Shown in pieces: positions 8,663 to 18,768 of a stretch of DNA of 54,888 nt; positions within the stretch are counted from its first letter, which is position 1, and each line of letters opens with the position of its first letter. This stretch comes from a virus (lineage: Duplodnaviria; Caudoviricetes): the IMG/VR virus record IMGVR_UViG_3300008110_000120, positions 1-54,888 of that record, one strand, 5' to 3'. The notes under the pieces were generated by a model that ran no database searches, was not told the origin of the DNA, and saw only the letters and a list, made by a program, of their open reading frames with translations. The position numbers and the translations under genes were made by a program.

Positions 8663-8811
8663 TTAACAGGTGGTTTAGATTTAGTTCCTGGACCCATGGG
8701 TCTTGAAGAATTTAAATTTTTTTGAGTTGCGGGATCCATTGCAAATGTTTGTTTTGCATTTACAGGTGCCCTATATTCAGCTTCCGAAATAAATTCTTGA
8801 AACGTCTTCAT
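8635..8811 (-). CDS. Putative head-internal protein (N-terminal MKTFQEFISE); 3' end probably chimeric
   Basis: Not in ORF track. MKTFQEFISEAEYRAPVNAKQTFAMDPATQKNLNSSRPMGPGTKSKPPVKLQEFQKLL; TCTAAATA late-like promoter at 8823-8830. Confidence 0.7.
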   Translation of the reverse strand: MKTFQEFISEAEYRAPVNAKQTFAMDPATQKNLNSSRPMGPGTKSKPPVKLQEFQKLL

Positions 8812-8831
8812 TTTTTTATTTCTATTTAGAT

Positions 8832-8856
8832 AAAAAAAGAGGGTCCGAAGACCCTC
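8832..8856 (-). terminator. Terminator after g23 (UUCG tetraloop)
   Basis: GAGGGTC-TTCG-GACCCTC then T7. Confidence 0.92.
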
Positions 8857-8877
8857 AAGAAATTTATGTGAAATGGA

Positions 8878-10326
8878 TCACATGAGGTTGAGAACCTTAA
8901 CTCTTCTGTAGTAACGGTTAGCGTTAACTCTGAGGCGTCCAAGACCCTGGTCGGTTCCTTCTGCGAATGGGTTAGCAACAAGACCATAACGGGTCTTAAA
9001 GCCAATCTTGGGCTGGAAGGTGTTCTCACCAACGGCACGAACCATTTGGAGGGGAACATAAGGGCAATAGAAGAGACCAGCGTCATATGCGCTAGAACCC
9101 TTATAACCAACAACGTAGTACTGACCACCAGCAGAACCAACGTTTGAACCGCCCGAATATGGGTCGATATAAACGCGATACTTACCTTGGAGAACACCAG
9201 CGAAGGTGTTACCAGTGTCATCAACGTTAAGGTTAGCGTTGAGTGCAGGGGTGTAATCAAGAACACCTGCCATGGTGAGTGCCGAAGCAACGTCAGCAGA
9301 GCAGAGGATCATGTTGCCCTTCCCTCTACGAGTTCTTTGTGCGATTGCGTTAGCATCGCGCTCGATTTGGAAGATAAGACCCTTGAACTTCTCAACTGAC
9401 CAACGTCCGTTGGAGTCAACATCTAGGTCGAACTGACCAGCGGTAGCAGTGTTGTGTTGAGCACCTGATTCTGCAACCTTATAGATGGTTCTGATGACTT
9501 CGCGGTTGATTTCAGCAAGAATCTCGCTAGAAAGAATGTTAGCAAGTTCTGCTTCTGCATTTAAACCGTGAATTGCCTTCAGGTCTTGAGCAAGTTCGAG
9601 GCTGTATTCTGCTTTCAGAGCACGGCTCTTGGCAGTAACAGTGACCTTCTCGATTGAGAACGCCATTTGGTTGAACTCGTTTCCACCAGTTCCAAGACCT
9701 TCTGCATCTTCAGTGTCCATACCACGTCCAGTGGTATAAGCAGATTGAGTTACATTGCTGTCTGGGCTGAGGAGACCGGGATTGGTTCCACCTTGAGCAG
9801 CAGTTGTACCGAAACCAACAGCGCCGCCAGTTTCACTACCCTCATTTTGGGTATATCCAGAACCAAGACCGCCGGCTGCGCGGGCAGATCCTTGTGCTGA
9901 ATATGCAGTATCTGGCTCGTTGAAGAATGCTTCATCCGAACTGTTGCTTTGTGCTCCATAACGTGAGCGCATTGCAAAGATGAGTCCGGTAGGACCATTC
10001 ATTGGTTGAACGCCAGCGAGGTCATATGCGACCAGGTTAGGCATTGAACGGCGGATGAGGCTGATTAGAACAGGGTCGAAACCTGAAACAGGACCAGCAT
10101 CAGCTGCGTTTGCACTGAAACCTGCGGTTGCACCGCTGGATCCAGTTGACATGTTAGGAACAGCTTCGTTGAGGAAAGCACGCTCCTCACGAAGTTCTCT
10201 CTCTTGGTTTTCTAGCAGGATAGCGGTGACAGCTCTACGATGTGAATCTCTGATTGGATCCATTCCATCGTAATCGAGGATCGGTGCCCACTTCTCCTGC
10301 AATTGTTCTGCATTGAACATTTGCAT
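8878..10326 (-). CDS. g23: Major capsid protein gp23
   Basis: EKWAPIL, FDPVLISLIRR, GVQPMNGPTGLIFAMRSRY, KSRALKAEYSLELAQDLKAIHGL, FQPKIGFKTRYG. Confidence 0.99.
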   Translation of the reverse strand: MQMFNAEQLQEKWAPILDYDGMDPIRDSHRRAVTAILLENQERELREERAFLNEAVPNMSTGSSGATAGFSANAADAGPVSGFDPVLISLIRRSMPNLVAYDLAGVQPMNGPTGLIFAMRSRYGAQSNSSDEAFFNEPDTAYSAQGSARAAGGLGSGYTQNEGSETGGAVGFGTTAAQGGTNPGLLSPDSNVTQSAYTTGRGMDTEDAEGLGTGGNEFNQMAFSIEKVTVTAKSRALKAEYSLELAQDLKAIHGLNAEAELANILSSEILAEINREVIRTIYKVAESGAQHNTATAGQFDLDVDSNGRWSVEKFKGLIFQIERDANAIAQRTRRGKGNMILCSADVASALTMAGVLDYTPALNANLNVDDTGNTFAGVLQGKYRVYIDPYSGGSNVGSAGGQYYVVGYKGSSAYDAGLFYCPYVPLQMVRAVGENTFQPKIGFKTRYGLVANPFAEGTDQGLGRLRVNANRYYRRVKVLNLM

Positions 10327-10375
10327 TTGTTTTACCTCTTTTAAAAAGTTAGTTTGATTTGATATGATTTAAAAA

Positions 10376-11554
10376 TCACTTTTTAGCGACTCTACTGAGA
10401 ACTGTAAGATAACTTTCCATTCTTCCACCAACTTGTGGTTGTTCGGAATAATTAGCTTCTTCAGCAATGTTTTCAGTAACAGGTCTTTGAGTACTAGTCG
10501 ATTTTGATGAGAAATAAGAATCTCTCAATGTAACTAGCTTCTCACGATAGTTTTCTTCACTATCAAACTCAACATTTTCAGCAAGAGAAGCGAGTTTATC
10601 TTTCTGTGAAAGTGCTAAACCTTCAGTAACTTCAGTAAAAATTACATCAGCAACTGACTCTGCTAATCTTCTATTAAGAGCAACATTCTTTTCGATTTGC
10701 TCGTTGAGTTTTCCTTCCATTTCATCAAGTTTATCTACCATACTCTCGATAACATCATATTTTTCTTCAGGGATTGTTACATAATGATCTTCAAAAAGAT
10801 TCTTCATTCCTGAGAGGAATGATTCAGTCATTTCGGTTCTGAGACCGTGCTCAATTGCAAGAGTGTTTTCATGCATCCACTCGTCAGCAACATATTCTAA
10901 ATATGCATCTACTCTATCGGTGAGTTCTTCTTTGATTGTAGAAATTTCTTCTACAAGAGCTTGCTCATATTCAGATTGGAATCTCTCTTCCAACTGTTCT
11001 TTGATTGAATAAATTTTTGTTCTAACTGCAGTCTCAAAGATTATTCTTGCCTTTTCTTGGAACTCTTCTGAAAGTTCTTCACCAGCAAGAAGAGCATTAA
11101 CATCTTCTTCGATGTCAAAATCTTCATCTTCCTCAACTTCTTCCTTCACCTCTTCATCTTCGTCTTCGTCTTCTTTAGACTTCTTCTTCTTAGGTGACGA
11201 AGAATTGGAATTCTCATCCTCTTCATCCTCTTCATCTGCTTCCACAATGAGATCTTCATCATCTAGATCTTCTTCCTCCTTTACGGCATCTTTATTAAGA
11301 TGTGGCATTGGATCTGCTGACTTAGCACCTTTGTTGACAACATTTTTTACTTGTGACAACGTTGCACTAGGCTCTTTTAATTTTGCCGAGTCATTATCTG
11401 AACGATAATTTTCTGGAGTAGGACCACCGAGATCTTCCCAATTGCCAGTTTGACCATCAGGAATACCTGTGGTTAATTTTGGCATTGGTTCTGCCGGCTT
11501 AGCTCCTTTGGTTACTACGTTTTCCATTTCTTGTAAATTTCTACCAACGGACAT
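10376..11554 (-). CDS. g22: Prohead core scaffold gp22
   Basis: Acidic coiled coil, LSEEFQEKA, YLEYVADEW; between g21 and g23. Confidence 0.93.
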   Translation of the reverse strand: MSVGRNLQEMENVVTKGAKPAEPMPKLTTGIPDGQTGNWEDLGGPTPENYRSDNDSAKLKEPSATLSQVKNVVNKGAKSADPMPHLNKDAVKEEEDLDDEDLIVEADEEDEEDENSNSSSPKKKKSKEDEDEDEEVKEEVEEDEDFDIEEDVNALLAGEELSEEFQEKARIIFETAVRTKIYSIKEQLEERFQSEYEQALVEEISTIKEELTDRVDAYLEYVADEWMHENTLAIEHGLRTEMTESFLSGMKNLFEDHYVTIPEEKYDVIESMVDKLDEMEGKLNEQIEKNVALNRRLAESVADVIFTEVTEGLALSQKDKLASLAENVEFDSEENYREKLVTLRDSYFSSKSTSTQRPVTENIAEEANYSEQPQVGGRMESYLTVLSRVAKK

Positions 11555-11583
11555 TTGTTTAGATCTGTTTTATAATCTATATT

Positions 11584-11591
11584 TATTTATA
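11584..11591 (-). promoter_or_regulatory. Late promoter TATAAATA (g22-g23)
   Basis: Exact consensus in the intergenic gap. Confidence 0.8.
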
Positions 11592-11593
11592 AA

Positions 11594-12244
11594 TTAAAGA
11601 TTTGCTAAGAAATCTTGGAACAGTTGAATTTTATGCTCTTGTAAAGTACTTTCATCTACAAGAGTATTAATTCTGCGTCTTGTTTGCTCAGCAAGTCTTT
11701 CACGAAGAATCCCTCCTTCCCAAACCCACTCCTTACCTTCCATAATTCCCTGAACAAATGCATCGGGGGCAGAAGGATCGGCAACAATATCAGCAGCGGT
11801 TGCAAGCATAAAATCTTCACCGACAACTTTATGACCTTCATTGGTCATCTTCAATGAACCAACACCACGAGAAGAAACTCCAAGGCAAACACCCTCTTTA
11901 ATCAAAGACATTGCAATCTTTCCCATTGGGGTCTCAAGAAGTTGTGCCTTACCGATAAAATTATTACCTTCTCTAGCAAGTTCACAAATTTTATGTGAAA
12001 CGCGATCAAGATTTACAGTTGGACCATCTGGATGTCCAAGTTCACCGAGAGCGCGACCTTTTTGAACAAAATTTTCATTATAACGATTTACTTCTCTTTC
12101 CATAATAGAAAGAGGATACATTCTACCGTTACGATTAACCTGCTCTGCTTGTAAGAAAATGCCTTTAATATAGCATTTTTGCGAAGAACCTTTTCCTTCG
12201 GTAATAAATTCTACTTTTGATACTTCTTCTGTGATGAGTTTCAT
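11594..12244 (-). CDS. g21: Prohead protease gp21
   Basis: NRNGRMYP, GELGHP, GVSSRGVGSL, DIVADPSAPDAFV. Confidence 0.97.
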   Translation of the reverse strand: MKLITEEVSKVEFITEGKGSSQKCYIKGIFLQAEQVNRNGRMYPLSIMEREVNRYNENFVQKGRALGELGHPDGPTVNLDRVSHKICELAREGNNFIGKAQLLETPMGKIAMSLIKEGVCLGVSSRGVGSLKMTNEGHKVVGEDFMLATAADIVADPSAPDAFVQGIMEGKEWVWEGGILRERLAEQTRRRINTLVDESTLQEHKIQLFQDFLANL

Positions 12245-12245
12245 T

Positions 12246-12509
12246 TTAGTTTGTGAATGCTACTTTATTTGCTTTGATTGATGCAGATGACCAAATAACA
12301 TCAGATGGAGTTTTAGCTAAAAATTCAACACTTCCATTTGGAATAGAGAAATATGTACTAGTTGCTGCTCCAACAGAAGTGCTTATTGCAACTGTAACAA
12401 TACCAGCAGTATTGTTATATAATCTCACACAAGTTGCATCACTAATACTAGTAGCAGCTCCAGCACTAGTACCGGTACTTTGTTCTGTTGTTACTATCTT
12501 AGTAATCAT
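12246..12509 (-). CDS. Conserved hypothetical (probable virion) protein
   Basis: 87 aa, Ser/Thr/Ala-rich, ATCVRLYN; ATGA-coupled to the upstream gene in the head cluster. Confidence 0.75.
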   Translation of the reverse strand: MITKIVTTEQSTGTSAGAATSISDATCVRLYNNTAGIVTVAISTSVGAATSTYFSIPNGSVEFLAKTPSDVIWSSASIKANKVAFTN

Positions 12510-12685
12510 TCTTCATCCCCAGTAGTTTCTGACTGATCTCCAAGTTCTCCAAATAATTTGAATGCAACTGAAGGTCTTATTGCATCTATTTTTTCTGAAG
12601 CTTTATTAAAAATCAATTCTTTAATTTTGCCACTTACGTCCGATGCGGGCGAATTAGTTGCGATCAAATCCAAAAGTTCTTCCAT
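12506..12685 (-). CDS. Small prohead-core protein (gp67-like position)
   Basis: Not in ORF track. MEELLDLIATNSPASDVSGKIKELIFNKASEKIDAIRPSVAFKLFGELGDQSETTGDEE (59 aa); follows g20. Confidence 0.8.
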   Translation of the reverse strand: MEELLDLIATNSPASDVSGKIKELIFNKASEKIDAIRPSVAFKLFGELGDQSETTGDEE

Positions 12686-14240
12686 AAGATTTCAATGTGT
12701 TTAGATCAATTGAATTTGGGTCGGGAATAATTCCTTCTTTAATTTCCTTTTCTATTTGCTCATCAATCTCGATAATTTCACTATCAGTTTGACGAAGTAC
12801 TTTTCTTCGAACATATTCTGCAGAATAATATTTACCAATATAGGGTTCTATAGTAGCAAGAATTCCTAAGCGATCAGTCATCAATTCGCTTTCTTTTAGT
12901 TCTGCAAATTGATTATCATATAAAAAGTCATATTGAACATGATCAACAATTTTGTCCCAATCTTCTGGGGTTACAATATTTTTTAAAATCAATTGTGTGC
13001 GAAGAAAGTCATTGAATAAATTTGCAAAACGCTTTCTTAAACGTCCGACAAATTTAGAAAACTTTAATTCATCTCTTAATATTTCTGAAGAGCGACCAAG
13101 ATTGAATCCACCATCACTCGCAATTCTAGATTCCGGAACTCCAAGTGCTCTGTAGAGTTTCTTTTGGAAATATTCAATATCAGAAAGTTCTCCAAGATTT
13201 TGACCGCCTGGAAGAGTTGTAATTTCAGTTCCTCTACCACCTTCTCTCCTTGGAAGCCAAAAATCTTCCATCATACTCATGAATTTACGATCATCACGAA
13301 CTTCCCCAGTCTCTGCATTGTATACCAGTTTATTTCTGTAACGATACATTACATCCTTAAGGTATTGCTCTGCCTTGACCTTCGGAAGATTGCCGACGTC
13401 AATATAAAAAATTCTTCTTTCTGGAGCACGAGACAATCTATAAATTACAAGGGAATCTTCAATCATTCTTAATTGATTGAGTGCTTTAATTGCTTTGTGT
13501 AGGTAAGATAAAACTGTTCCTTTGTTTCTATCTACTAATCCAGAACTACAGTACGTAATAGAATCTTTAGCAATTTTTATTGATTTTTGTCCGTATAAAC
13601 TTGCAACAGATCCAGTTGGACTTTTTGGTAGTGGAGTGTAAATATAATATTCATCTATTTCCGGAGTAAATGTTTTTTCAACATCTCTCATTCCAGTTCT
13701 AACTGCAATATTATCCTTTGATTCGCTCTTTTTTTCTTGACGAACGTATTTCATCTTCATAGGATCAATATACCTCAGATCCTTTATACCCTCTTCGGGA
13801 TTTTTAATGTCAATGACTTTTAGATAAAATAGTCTACCATCTACATACCAATTTCTAAAAATTTCATGGCACTTCTTATCGAAGTCCATAATTTCTTTAA
13901 TATATTTGAATTCTTCTCTTATAATTTTTTTTAATTTGTCACTAACATCTAGATTTGAAAGTTCAATTTCAACTGGGGAATCATATAAATCACTTACAAT
14001 AGCTTCATTAACAACATCTTCAATAGCATTATCACACTCTGGGTGTAATGCCATTTCCCTATATCTTTTAATTAGGTCGTACTCTGTTCTGTAAACACCC
14101 TCAATGTCTACGTAAGACCCATAAAAACCACTGGCAATATAATTATCAACCCCGTCCTCATTATTTTGGGGAACGGGGGAGACAATTGATTTTGCTTGAT
14201 TATTACTATCATCAATTGAAAAACCAAAAAGCTTTGCCAT
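12654..14240 (-). CDS. g20: Portal protein gp20 (C-terminus looks aberrant)
   Basis: YRLSRAPERRIFYIDVGNLPK, EDFWLPRREGGRGTEITTLPGG, RDELKF. Confidence 0.97.
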   Translation of the reverse strand: MAKLFGFSIDDSNNQAKSIVSPVPQNNEDGVDNYIASGFYGSYVDIEGVYRTEYDLIKRYREMALHPECDNAIEDVVNEAIVSDLYDSPVEIELSNLDVSDKLKKIIREEFKYIKEIMDFDKKCHEIFRNWYVDGRLFYLKVIDIKNPEEGIKDLRYIDPMKMKYVRQEKKSESKDNIAVRTGMRDVEKTFTPEIDEYYIYTPLPKSPTGSVASLYGQKSIKIAKDSITYCSSGLVDRNKGTVLSYLHKAIKALNQLRMIEDSLVIYRLSRAPERRIFYIDVGNLPKVKAEQYLKDVMYRYRNKLVYNAETGEVRDDRKFMSMMEDFWLPRREGGRGTEITTLPGGQNLGELSDIEYFQKKLYRALGVPESRIASDGGFNLGRSSEILRDELKFSKFVGRLRKRFANLFNDFLRTQLILKNIVTPEDWDKIVDHVQYDFLYDNQFAELKESELMTDRLGILATIEPYIGKYYSAEYVRRKVLRQTDSEIIEIDEQIEKEIKEGIIPDPNSIDLNTLKSYGRTFGFDRN

Positions 14241-14271
14241 AGTATAAATCTAATACCTGTATCTATTTATT

Positions 14272-14850
14272 TCAACTAGAAAGAGGGTTTCCAGTAATAT
14301 CATCACCACCAGCTGCAGGTCCATCACCCTTTTCTGCTTCCCACCATTGAACTTGCATTTCAACTGTAAATTCTTCTATACTATCAGTAGTATCATATGA
14401 AAGTTCTATCTGAGAAACATTAGTTGGGAAAATATCATGGAATTTATATGTTCTTAAAATAGATCCGTCACGATCAAGTTGTTTAACATAGGCGTCCTTC
14501 ATGTAAGATGCTGGAGTGATTAATCCAGTTGCATCTCCGACATTATTAATTTGATTGACCCAATCTTCAAAAGCATGTCTGAGTGTGAAATTAGTATCAT
14601 TTAAAACTGTTATGGTCCAAGTATCAAATGTTCTGTCACCAGCAATTTTTAAAATTCTACCTCTAAATGGAACGTCAATTGGTCCTAGGTTTGATGCTGG
14701 TAAAGCAGCCGCTTTTACCATGAATCTTTCTAAGTCAGAATTATTACCAACAAGAGTAGTTGGAAAAGTAATACTAACTTCAAAGAGGTTAGGTCTTGCG
14801 CCACCACCGGTTAGTTTATTTTTAAATTCTGTAATTGTTCTTAAAGACAT
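14272..14850 (-). CDS. g19: Tail tube protein gp19
   Basis: GGARPNLF, FRGRILKIAGDRTFDTWT, IEEFTVE. Confidence 0.96.
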   Translation of the reverse strand: MSLRTITEFKNKLTGGGARPNLFEVSITFPTTLVGNNSDLERFMVKAAALPASNLGPIDVPFRGRILKIAGDRTFDTWTITVLNDTNFTLRHAFEDWVNQINNVGDATGLITPASYMKDAYVKQLDRDGSILRTYKFHDIFPTNVSQIELSYDTTDSIEEFTVEMQVQWWEAEKGDGPAAGGDDITGNPLSS

Positions 14851-14870
14851 TGTTTTTTACCTCTTTTAAA

Positions 14871-17033
14871 TTAAACGGTTCCGATAATTTCTTCAAACGA
14901 AACACCAGTTCTGGTGGCAACAAACGTTAGACCGATAAAGTTAATCGATCTGTTTGGTTGTACGTAAATATCCGCAAGAAATTCATTATTATCAATTACT
15001 GCGGCAGTATTATTAGATTCATCACAAACAACTTTGAAGGATTGAACTCCTCTCTTTGCCTGAATATCACGTAAGAAAGGTTCAATAATATTTACAAAGT
15101 TATTTCTTGTAATTTCATCATTAAATTCAAATAGTTGATCTTTTGCTGCCGTAGAAATTGCCTCTTGGATATAGATAAACAATCTCCTTACATTAATTCT
15201 ATCAAATGCCGATGGTTTTGCCAATCCTGTTTTGTCACCAAAAAGAATGATACCAGATCCAGGGGAGAATACAATTGGATTAATTCTGTTAGTGTATAAT
15301 CTATCTCTTTGAAGTTGAGTTGGGTTGTATGCTAGTTTAATAGCATTTAATATGACTCCTCTAGAAGTTCCTGCTGGTGAGAACCATGGGAAATCATTAA
15401 TATCAGTTCTTGCACACAATCCGGATGTATCACCATTTAATGGAATATATCTAAATGTATCATTAAATCTATCATACGTGTACTTATAACCACTATCAAA
15501 AACTGCATAAGAAGATGATGTAATAGGAGAATAGAAACTAATCAAATTATCAGTAATTGCATCCGATGCGTTAATTGATCCTGTATTATCAATAAGAGCG
15601 TCTCTATATGGACTAATGAACGCCATGCAGTCTTTTCTTGCTTCTGCTATGGAAATAATTTTATTCGCAAGGGATTGTGCCTCTGATTTAATATAATTTG
15701 CACTACCCATTAAAATAAAGTCAAGTCTATAATCTTCCGCATTCGATAGAATTGCGTATGACTCGGATAGTTTGCTGACAGTGGCTGACATACAACCGGC
15801 GGTCGTAATACCTGCACTGCCATCATAGTTTTTACCACCACCAAGAGTTATAGGATTATTTCCAGTAGCGGCAAAGTCTTGATTTGATGCCTTTTGGTCC
15901 CACCCATTATCTGTATCTAATGTAAAATTACTTGAATAAGTAATCGTGGTTATTCCTGCAGGAGTTTTACCACCAAAAATAAATCTAGAATTTATTTCTA
16001 AGTATCTTCTCCAGTAAGAAGGAGACCCTGCTGCAAATTCAGCATCGGTTGCTTTTGAAAGACCTAGATGCTTTTCTAGAATATTTCCAGCATTACCACT
16101 AATGGATCCATCATTATCAATTACTAAAACGTGTAATTCATCGAACCTTGCATTTCTATCAGCACCAAAACTAGTTGTGGTTGGTCTATCTGCTATATTA
16201 TTCCAATATAATTGTGATCCACTATTAAGAGTAATATACTGCTCATCATACCAATCAGAACTAGTGTTGTAAGAAGTTGTCCCTACGGCAGTTGCATTAC
16301 CAACGGTATGAATGGCAACAGACCCAGTACTGGAGAATTTATAAACTCCACCCACCTGATACTCTACATTAGTTGCGGTATTTCCGGCAGAAATATGGGA
16401 AAGTAATTTAACTGAAACTTTATTTTGTCCAATTTCAGTAATCATTCCCTTGAAATATCCATCAAGGAGTGATGTAGTTCCTGCTCCTGCTAAAACTGTG
16501 TCGGAAGGTACTGCTTGAGTAACTCCCATACCAACAGCAAGGGTTCCACCAACTCCACCGGTAGTAGCAATACCAGATAAAACTTGGTCTGCCTTTCCAT
16601 CAATTAAACAAACTTGTAAAGAATTTCCCCATGATCCGGGATTTCTCGCAACAATACTAGCAGATGTGATGACATTTTCATTATACCCAAGTTGAGTATA
16701 ATGTTCTGCACTTTTGATTTTAATATTTGCTGTGTCGGGAGATGATGCGTTTTTTAAATCAGTGTCATCAGTCCTAAGTACTCTTAAGGATCCCCCATAA
16801 GAAAGAAAGGATGATGCAACATACCAACTTTCATATTGTCTGTCTACTGAAAGTGGACCTCCAAAAATTGAATATAAATCTTGTTCACTTTGTATTAAAA
16901 CTGGTACATTAACTGGTCCTTTTTGAAATGGTGCTGCAATGGCACCAATTTTTTGCGATAATGGATCAACTCTCCCACTTGTTAAGTCAACTTCTCTTAC
17001 TATAATTCCAGGAGATGCTAAGTTTAGCGGCAT
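14871..17033 (-). CDS. g18: Tail sheath protein gp18
   Basis: SPGIIVREVDLT, PWFSPAG, FDRINVRRLF, QLFEFND, RSINFI. Confidence 0.97.
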   Translation of the reverse strand: MPLNLASPGIIVREVDLTSGRVDPLSQKIGAIAAPFQKGPVNVPVLIQSEQDLYSIFGGPLSVDRQYESWYVASSFLSYGGSLRVLRTDDTDLKNASSPDTANIKIKSAEHYTQLGYNENVITSASIVARNPGSWGNSLQVCLIDGKADQVLSGIATTGGVGGTLAVGMGVTQAVPSDTVLAGAGTTSLLDGYFKGMITEIGQNKVSVKLLSHISAGNTATNVEYQVGGVYKFSSTGSVAIHTVGNATAVGTTSYNTSSDWYDEQYITLNSGSQLYWNNIADRPTTTSFGADRNARFDELHVLVIDNDGSISGNAGNILEKHLGLSKATDAEFAAGSPSYWRRYLEINSRFIFGGKTPAGITTITYSSNFTLDTDNGWDQKASNQDFAATGNNPITLGGGKNYDGSAGITTAGCMSATVSKLSESYAILSNAEDYRLDFILMGSANYIKSEAQSLANKIISIAEARKDCMAFISPYRDALIDNTGSINASDAITDNLISFYSPITSSSYAVFDSGYKYTYDRFNDTFRYIPLNGDTSGLCARTDINDFPWFSPAGTSRGVILNAIKLAYNPTQLQRDRLYTNRINPIVFSPGSGIILFGDKTGLAKPSAFDRINVRRLFIYIQEAISTAAKDQLFEFNDEITRNNFVNIIEPFLRDIQAKRGVQSFKVVCDESNNTAAVIDNNEFLADIYVQPNRSINFIGLTFVATRTGVSFEEIIGTV

Positions 17034-17070
17034 CTTTGTTCTCCTCTACAATTCCAGAATATTCTAGAAG

Positions 17071-17078
17071 TATTTATA
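17071..17078 (-). promoter_or_regulatory. Late promoter TATAAATA (g18)
   Basis: Exact consensus upstream of g18. Confidence 0.8.
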
Positions 17079-17089
17079 AATCACCTTAT

Positions 17090-18739
17090 TTACATATAAT
17101 CCCACATGTAAGATTTATCACCATATTCATCGGTATACCATCTATCACCATCTTCATCAACAAAACTTGACATTTCATCAATTCCATCTGCAATAAAACC
17201 AAAAGGTGCCATATCTTGTTCTATTTGATTTTTTTGCTCTTCATATATCCTCTTGCGGACATCATTGTCTGTCATTTCTTTAAAATAATCTTGTGCAACT
17301 AACCAAGAAAAAATAACAAGACACATTGCCAGATCATCATTACATCCTTCTTCTGCCTCAAATGAGTTATGTTTTTGTATAAAGGTTGTCAGTTCACTAA
17401 TAATTTCATAGTCATTGACTATTAATTTATCATCTTCTATAAGCGTCCTTAAGTTTGAACATCCTAACTTTTTAACAGATGCGGTCATTCGAACACCTAG
17501 TTGAGATTTTTTACCACTAAATCCAGATCCAACTATTTGTCCTGCGCGTCCTCTCATAGAACACATTAGTATATTGTCGTATTCTAAATCAAAGTGTAAA
17601 ATATTTGCTACTTGATCTCCAATATCATTTATTTCTGCCAAAACATATGAATTATTATATCCACGAGCAACATCATTTATAATACTTGGAAATAGCATTG
17701 GTTTAATTTCATTATTCCTATACTTTGCTACTGTTCTGTATGGAAACTCTGTAATATCAAAAACAATAAAAGTTGAATAATCACCACCAATACCTCTGGC
17801 AACGTCAACTGTCATTAAGTAATTGTGTTCTTCCTTTGGATTTTCATATACATCCAATCCTTTGTTTCTTTTAATTGGATCATCATATACTAGAGTTTTT
17901 AACTTTGCTGGACTAATAAGTGTATCAACGGACCCTAAAAATTCACATTCAAATTCAACTTTGAACTGTTGTTCGGAAGTGTTAGCAATGGTCTGCGCTT
18001 TCCACTTTTCATCTCTTCCCGGAACTTCTGCCCAATGAACATCCGTTGGAACATACTCATTCTTTTTTCTTTCGGCATCATGCCACATGCGATAAAAATG
18101 ATTCATACCACGGGGGGTAGAAACAATAATTACCTTGGTACTTTGTCCTGATGAAATGGTAGGATATACAGAAGCAAAAAAGTCATCAGCGATATGATTT
18201 GGAATGAACGCAAACTCATCCAAGAATATGATGTTATATGATCCTCCACGCACCGCAGACGCCGATGTAGATGCTGCCATGATCTTTGACCCATTCTCTA
18301 GCTCCAAGCTCCCCCTGTTCCACTGTAGAACCCCTTGCTGCATCCACCTAGGGAGATTTTCATATGCAAGTTGTAGTCTCTGAAGAAGATCTCTTGCCGT
18401 AGATGCTTTGTTTGCAAGAATCGCAATATTTACATTATCATTAAAAAGTGCATAGTGTAAAAGGTAAGATACGCAGGTAGTAGATTTGCCTGTCTGACGA
18501 GGCATCTTGCAAATGTTGAATCTATTTTGATGGAAATTTTTAATTAATTTTTCTTGAAACTTATATAAAGAAAATGGAACCAATCCATGATCCAGAGAAA
18601 CGATTTTAATGTAGTTTTTTGCAAAATATACCGGATCCTCTTTACATTTTAAAAATTCAATGATTTGATCTTCAGTAAATTGGATTTGTGTATTTGCTTT
18701 TTTTAAATTGGGATTACCAAGATATACGCTATCAGACAT
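17090..18739 (-). CDS. g17: Terminase large subunit gp17
   Basis: YLGNPNLK, PRQTGKST Walker A, FLDEFAF Walker B, VDVARG and NDDL nuclease motifs; no intein. Confidence 0.98.
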   Translation of the reverse strand: MSDSVYLGNPNLKKANTQIQFTEDQIIEFLKCKEDPVYFAKNYIKIVSLDHGLVPFSLYKFQEKLIKNFHQNRFNICKMPRQTGKSTTCVSYLLHYALFNDNVNIAILANKASTARDLLQRLQLAYENLPRWMQQGVLQWNRGSLELENGSKIMAASTSASAVRGGSYNIIFLDEFAFIPNHIADDFFASVYPTISSGQSTKVIIVSTPRGMNHFYRMWHDAERKKNEYVPTDVHWAEVPGRDEKWKAQTIANTSEQQFKVEFECEFLGSVDTLISPAKLKTLVYDDPIKRNKGLDVYENPKEEHNYLMTVDVARGIGGDYSTFIVFDITEFPYRTVAKYRNNEIKPMLFPSIINDVARGYNNSYVLAEINDIGDQVANILHFDLEYDNILMCSMRGRAGQIVGSGFSGKKSQLGVRMTASVKKLGCSNLRTLIEDDKLIVNDYEIISELTTFIQKHNSFEAEEGCNDDLAMCLVIFSWLVAQDYFKEMTDNDVRKRIYEEQKNQIEQDMAPFGFIADGIDEMSSFVDEDGDRWYTDEYGDKSYMWDYM

Positions 18740-18768
18740 AAAATTATCTCCTATCTCAATATTTAACT

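Noticed and set aside
8635-8670. Programmed -1 frameshift joining the 58-aa ORF to gp3
   Set aside because: No X XXY YYZ slippery site in the overlap, and the fusion would still lack the conserved gp3 N-terminus.
8826-9998. Alternative-frame minus-strand ORFs inside g23 (8826..9290, 9750..9998)
   Set aside because: Explained by the biased codon usage of g23; no independent start signals.
11100-11290. TCTTCA/TCATCT low-complexity run as a DNA repeat element
   Set aside because: Simply encodes the Asp/Glu-rich linker of gp22.
17090-18739. Intein or intron in terminase or other core genes
   Set aside because: g17, g23, g46 and uvsW have normal lengths and continuous motifs; no homing endonuclease motifs seen.
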